64,000 nt of DNA from Clostridiales bacterium (lineage in GTDB: Bacteria > Bacillota > Sulfobacillia > RBS10-35). The DNA lies in NCBI GenBank assembly GCA_018729555.1, contig JAHHQG010000027.1, positions 11,705-75,704 on the forward strand, given 5' to 3'. The notes below the pieces were generated by a model, which saw only the letters and a list, made by a program, of their open reading frames with translations, made no database searches and was not told the origin of the DNA. Below, piece by piece: positions 60,724-64,000 of the stretch. The translations under genes and the position numbers were made by a program. How positions within the stretch are numbered: position 1 is the stretch's first letter; every line of letters begins with the position of its first letter.

Positions 60724-61197
60724 CTATTTGGTATGGCGATCGGCCACGGCGGAAGCCCCGAAGGAATGGGGCTTGATGCGCACGTGGTACCCGCTTCCCG
60801 TCACCATCCCCACGATCTCCCGGATGAGGTGCCGGGTGTCCCCGTTGGGCCCGATGTCCACGTGGATTTCGATGTCCAGCTCCGCCGCGGCGCTGTCGCC
60901 CAGGCGCTGGGTCAGCTCCCCCGCCAGCTTCAAACTGAGGGAGGTTTCGTAAAAGATCCGCTGGCGCAGGGAGCGCATGGCCGGCTCTTCGTGCTTTTGA
61001 TAGTAATACCGAGCGCCCTTTCCCTGGCGATGGATCACCACTGCCGTGACAAAGGTGACCACGTGTTCTTTCAGCTGGGAATCGGTCCCCACGATGAGGC
61101 GATAGCGAGCCTCCGGATCCTGGTGGACGAACTGGCTGAGATCTTGAAAGAGGCCTTCAAACGTCAGGACGCCGCGGCTGGGGCTGTGAAAGGCCAT
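60724..61197 (-). CDS. DUF458 / YkuK-like RNase-H-fold protein
   Basis: YRLIVGTDSQ...VTFVTAVVIHRQGKGARYYY...IEIHVDIGPNGDT matches my recollection of the YkuK family. Confidence 0.6.
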   Translation of the reverse strand: MAFHSPSRGVLTFEGLFQDLSQFVHQDPEARYRLIVGTDSQLKEHVVTFVTAVVIHRQGKGARYYYQKHEEPAMRSLRQRIFYETSLSLKLAGELTQRLGDSAAAELDIEIHVDIGPNGDTRHLIREIVGMVTGSGYHVRIKPHSFGASAVADRHTK

Positions 61198-61242
61198 GGG
61201 CCACCCGTCGCCTCCTTTCGCATCCTCCTCTATGATAGCCCA

Positions 61243-62037
61243 TCAGGAGGCTTCCCAGGGCCAGTGTGAAAATAGCACCACAAAATCCCACAGTGCCAGA
61301 TCTTGCGCTCTCTTTTGCGGATCCACCTGGCTCTTCTCGAGGATGGCCGCCACGTCCGCCTTGCTGAGGCCCGATCCTCCCGACAGAGCATTGAGGATGG
61401 TCTTCCGCCGGGTGGCGAAGGCCCAGCGGATCAACCGAAAGAGTTTTTCTTCGTCTTCCGGGAGGCTGAGGAGCCGCTTTTGCCTGGGCCAGAGGCGCAC
61501 CACCGCCGAATCCACCTTGGGCGGGGGGCGGAAGGCTCCCGGTGCCACGGTGAAGAGGATCTCCACATGGGCGTAGTACTGGCAGAAGAGGCTTAAGGAG
61601 CCGTAAGAGGGGGTGCCCGGGGAAGCCGCCAGGCGGAGGGCCACTTCCTGTTGCACCATGGCCACGATCCGCTCAAAGAGGTGGCCTCGCTGGAGGAGGC
61701 GGGTGAGGATGGGGGTGGCGGCATAGTAGGGAAGGTTTCCCACGGCCTTCCACGGGGGATCGGTCACCAGGTCTTCCCAGGGATAGGTGCGGGCATCGGC
61801 CCAGATGACCTCCAGGCCTGGGTGCTGGCGGGCCAGGCGATCCAAGGAGGGGGCCATCCCCCGGTCCAGCTCCACGGCGAAGACCCGAGCCCCCCGCGCG
61901 AGGAGATGGCGGGTGAGAGCTCCTTCCCCCGCCCCGACCTCCACCACCTTCTGGCCGGGTTTCAGGTCAAGGGCCTCGGCGATGCGGCTGAGGACCCGCT
62001 CATCGTGGAGGAAGTGCTGGCCCAGGGGACGTCTCAC
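61243..62037 (-). CDS. rsmA: 16S rRNA (adenine1518/1519-N6)-dimethyltransferase
   Basis: GQHFLHD, SAM motif VVEVGAGEGALT, and GNLPYY. GTGA overlap with the tatD stop. Confidence 0.9.
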   Translation of the reverse strand: MRRPLGQHFLHDERVLSRIAEALDLKPGQKVVEVGAGEGALTRHLLARGARVFAVELDRGMAPSLDRLARQHPGLEVIWADARTYPWEDLVTDPPWKAVGNLPYYAATPILTRLLQRGHLFERIVAMVQQEVALRLAASPGTPSYGSLSLFCQYYAHVEILFTVAPGAFRPPPKVDSAVVRLWPRQKRLLSLPEDEEKLFRLIRWAFATRRKTILNALSGGSGLSKADVAAILEKSQVDPQKRAQDLALWDFVVLFSHWPWEAS

Positions 62038-62807
62038 GGGTGGATCCCAAAGAGGCGCCGGGCATTCTCCCGGGTCTGGAGGGCCACCTCTTCCGGCGCC
62101 ACGTTCCAGAGCTGAGCTAAAAGCTTGCCCGTCTCCACCACGTAGGAGGGCTCATTGCGCTTTCCGCGGTAGGGTACCGGCGCCAGGTAAGGGGCGTCGG
62201 TTTCCAGGACCACCCGATCCCGCGGAAGATCCCGGACCACGTCCCGGAGATCCTGGGCGTTTTTGAAGGTGAGGATGCCCCCCACTCCCAGGTAGAGGCC
62301 CAGACGGAGGGCCCGGCGGGCTTCCTCACGGGTGCCGGTGAAGGCGTGCCAGACACCTCCCTTAGGAAGAGGATGGGCCTCAATCCAGTCGAGGAGAGCC
62401 GAAGCCGCATCCCGAACGTGAAAGATGAGGGGAAGGTTCAGCTGTTTCGCCAGCTCCAGGTGGAAGGCGAGGGCTTCCTCCTGAAGGGCCCTTGGCGGAT
62501 GGTCGTAGTGGAAATCCAGGCCGGTTTCACCGACGGCCACAAACGTTCCTTCCCTAGCCAAGGCCTCCAGGGCCTCCCGCTCCTGCGCCAGCCGGTGGGC
62601 CTGCTGGGGATGGAGCCCCAGGGTGGGGTGGAGGCGAGGGTCCTCTCGGGCCATGTGGAGGGCCATGCGGGATGTCGCGGCATCGTAGCCCACGGCCACA
62701 ATCCCCTCCAGCCCTTTGTCCCACGCTCGAGAGAGGATGGCCTCCCGGTCGGGGGCAAAGGCTTCATCCATGACGTGAGCATGGGTATCCCACCAGACGC
62801 CCCTCAA
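62034..62807 (-). CDS. tatD: TatD-family metal-dependent hydrolase
   Basis: WDTHAHV, VGETGLDFHY, IFHVRDA and LETDAPYL. TTG start forms a TTGA overlap with the metG stop. Confidence 0.9.
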   Translation of the reverse strand: MRGVWWDTHAHVMDEAFAPDREAILSRAWDKGLEGIVAVGYDAATSRMALHMAREDPRLHPTLGLHPQQAHRLAQEREALEALAREGTFVAVGETGLDFHYDHPPRALQEEALAFHLELAKQLNLPLIFHVRDAASALLDWIEAHPLPKGGVWHAFTGTREEARRALRLGLYLGVGGILTFKNAQDLRDVVRDLPRDRVVLETDAPYLAPVPYRGKRNEPSYVVETGKLLAQLWNVAPEEVALQTRENARRLFGIHP

Positions 62808-64000
62808 CGGGGCGGCACCACCGGTTCCACCTGCTTGGGGTCCAGGCGGGGGTAGAGGGGCGCTCCCTTGCGGATGGCGGTCCCGGGGGGAAGGCCGCCC
62901 CAGCGGGCATCCTCGAGGCGGACGGTTTCCAAAAGGGCCGGATCCAGGCCTAGCTGGTGAAAGATGCCCGGAGCTCCCTGGAGGAGGATGGGGGAGAGGA
63001 GGATGGCCACAATCCGCAGGGTCTCGGCGAGGGCGTAGAGGATAAGCCCCTGGGCGCCGGGATCGTCCGTTTTGGCCCAGGGCTGGCTCTCATCGATGTA
63101 CTTATTGGCCCGCTTCACCAAGCTGAAGACGGCCTCCACCCCCTGGCGCAGGCGGAAGGCCTCCATGTGGGACCGGTAGTCCTCCACGACCCTATCCGCC
63201 AGGCTTCTCAAGGGATGATCGGGACCCACCTCCGCCGCCGGCACTTTCCCGCCGAAGTAGCGGTCCAGCATGGAGACGGTGCGGTTCAAAAGGTTCCCCA
63301 GATCGTTGGCCAGATCGGAATTGGTCCGCTTCAGGATGGATTCATCGGTGAAGTTGCCGTCGGCGCCGAACTCGATCTCGGCAATGAGGTAATGGCGCAT
63401 GGCGTCCAGGCCGTACCGCTGGGCCAGGATCTTGGGATCCACCACATTGCCCAGGGTCTTGGAAAACCGCTGCCCGTTGGCATACCAGAAGCCGTGGGCA
63501 AAGACCTTGCGGGGAAGGGGAAGGTCGGCGGCCATGAGCATGGCCGGCCAGATGATGCAGTGGAACCGAAGGATATCCTTCCCGATGATGTGGACATCCG
63601 CCGGCCAAATGGCCTCCCACCCCTCCCGCCAGCCGTACCCGACGGCGGAGAGGTAGGTGATGAGGGCATCGAACCAGACGTAGACGGTATGGGTGGGGTC
63701 CCAGGGGACCGGCACCCCCCAACCCGTATGGGGCCGGGAGAGGCTGATGTCTTCCAGGCCTTCTTCCAGCATCTTTTGCACTTCGTGGAGGCGGATGTCA
63801 GGCTCCACAAAGGGCGGCTGGCGGTTCATCAGCTCTTCCAGAGGTTTCTGAAACGCGGAGAGCTTGAAGAAGTAGTTTTCCTCTTCCACCACTTCCACAG
63901 GCTTCAGATGCCAGGGGCAAAGGCCGTCCACCAGATCCCGCTCCGAGTAGAAAGCTTCGCAGCTCCGGCAGTAGAGGCCCCGGTAGATGCCCCGGTACAC
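62804..64000 (-). CDS. metG: Methionine--tRNA ligase (C-terminal ~398 aa; N-terminus beyond window edge)
   Basis: The connective peptide with CRSCEAFY...CPWH Zn knuckle, the KMSKS-like RFSKTLGN and the anticodon-binding domain are all present. The protein ends without an EMAP-type C-terminal tRNA-binding extension. Confidence 0.9.
   Translation of the reverse strand: MYRGIYRGLYCRSCEAFYSERDLVDGLCPWHLKPVEVVEEENYFFKLSAFQKPLEELMNRQPPFVEPDIRLHEVQKMLEEGLEDISLSRPHTGWGVPVPWDPTHTVYVWFDALITYLSAVGYGWREGWEAIWPADVHIIGKDILRFHCIIWPAMLMAADLPLPRKVFAHGFWYANGQRFSKTLGNVVDPKILAQRYGLDAMRHYLIAEIEFGADGNFTDESILKRTNSDLANDLGNLLNRTVSMLDRYFGGKVPAAEVGPDHPLRSLADRVVEDYRSHMEAFRLRQGVEAVFSLVKRANKYIDESQPWAKTDDPGAQGLILYALAETLRIVAILLSPILLQGAPGIFHQLGLDPALLETVRLEDARWGGLPPGTAIRKGAPLYPRLDPKQVEPVVPPR

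Noticed and set aside
1-64000. CRISPR arrays, prophage/integrase modules, restriction-modification or known defence-system genes, rRNA operons
   Set aside because: I scanned both strands and all intergenic gaps above about 45 nt. No regularly spaced direct repeats, integrases, methyltransferase/endonuclease pairs or rRNA-like sequence were seen. The only mobile-element trace is the IS200/IS605 remnant.

Overview
This is a high-GC (roughly two-thirds G+C by eye) chromosomal window from an endospore-former-type Bacillota. The gene content and thermophile-like protein composition resemble Symbiobacterium, Thermaerobacter or Limnochordia, but that placement is inference only.

The right half (36.3-64 kb) lies almost entirely on the minus strand. 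It is the conserved oriC-proximal block known from Bacillus subtilis, read in reverse: metG-tatD-rsmA-(DUF458)-(thioesterase/NTPase fusion)-veg-cphB-cphA-ispE-(NTP-transferase)-purR-ilvA-spoVG-glmU-prs-ctc-pth-mfd-spoVT-yabM-hbs-yabO-yabP-yabQ-(small HTH)-divIC-yabR-tRNA-Leu. It is followed by a TPP riboswitch plus tenA, a thioredoxin and a ferredoxin.

The left half carries, in order:
- an MFS transporter
- a coupled GNAT plus OSBS/NSAR pair
- addAB preceded by a coupled zinc-ribbon micro-ORF
- a CBS protein and a DUF1861 protein
- an AceE-type pyruvate dehydrogenase operon
- a translationally coupled ATP-grasp/PHP/CE4-deacetylase triad
- tRNA-Met and tRNA-Lys
- a Liv-type ABC importer operon ending in an arginase-fold ureohydrolase and a sarcosine-oxidase-like flavoenzyme
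- a hotdog-dehydratase pair coupled to bshC
- a CE4 lipoprotein
- a decayed IS200/IS605 element
- a DUF3243 gene and an ABC-2 exporter

The decayed IS element is the most unusual locus. Only a 46-codon TnpA C-terminal stub remains, next to a full-length TnpB-like ORF. In that ORF the zinc-finger cysteines and the third RuvC carboxylate appear substituted. A structured right end that could be an omega-RNA scaffold abuts the DUF3243 gene and the ABC-2 transporter genes.

No CRISPR array, prophage or rRNA was seen. Many long Arg/Pro/Gly-rich antisense ORFs in the track are high-GC artefacts. All family calls rest on motif recognition by eye, with no searches run. Start codons were refined manually from RBS and overlap context and remain uncertain where noted.
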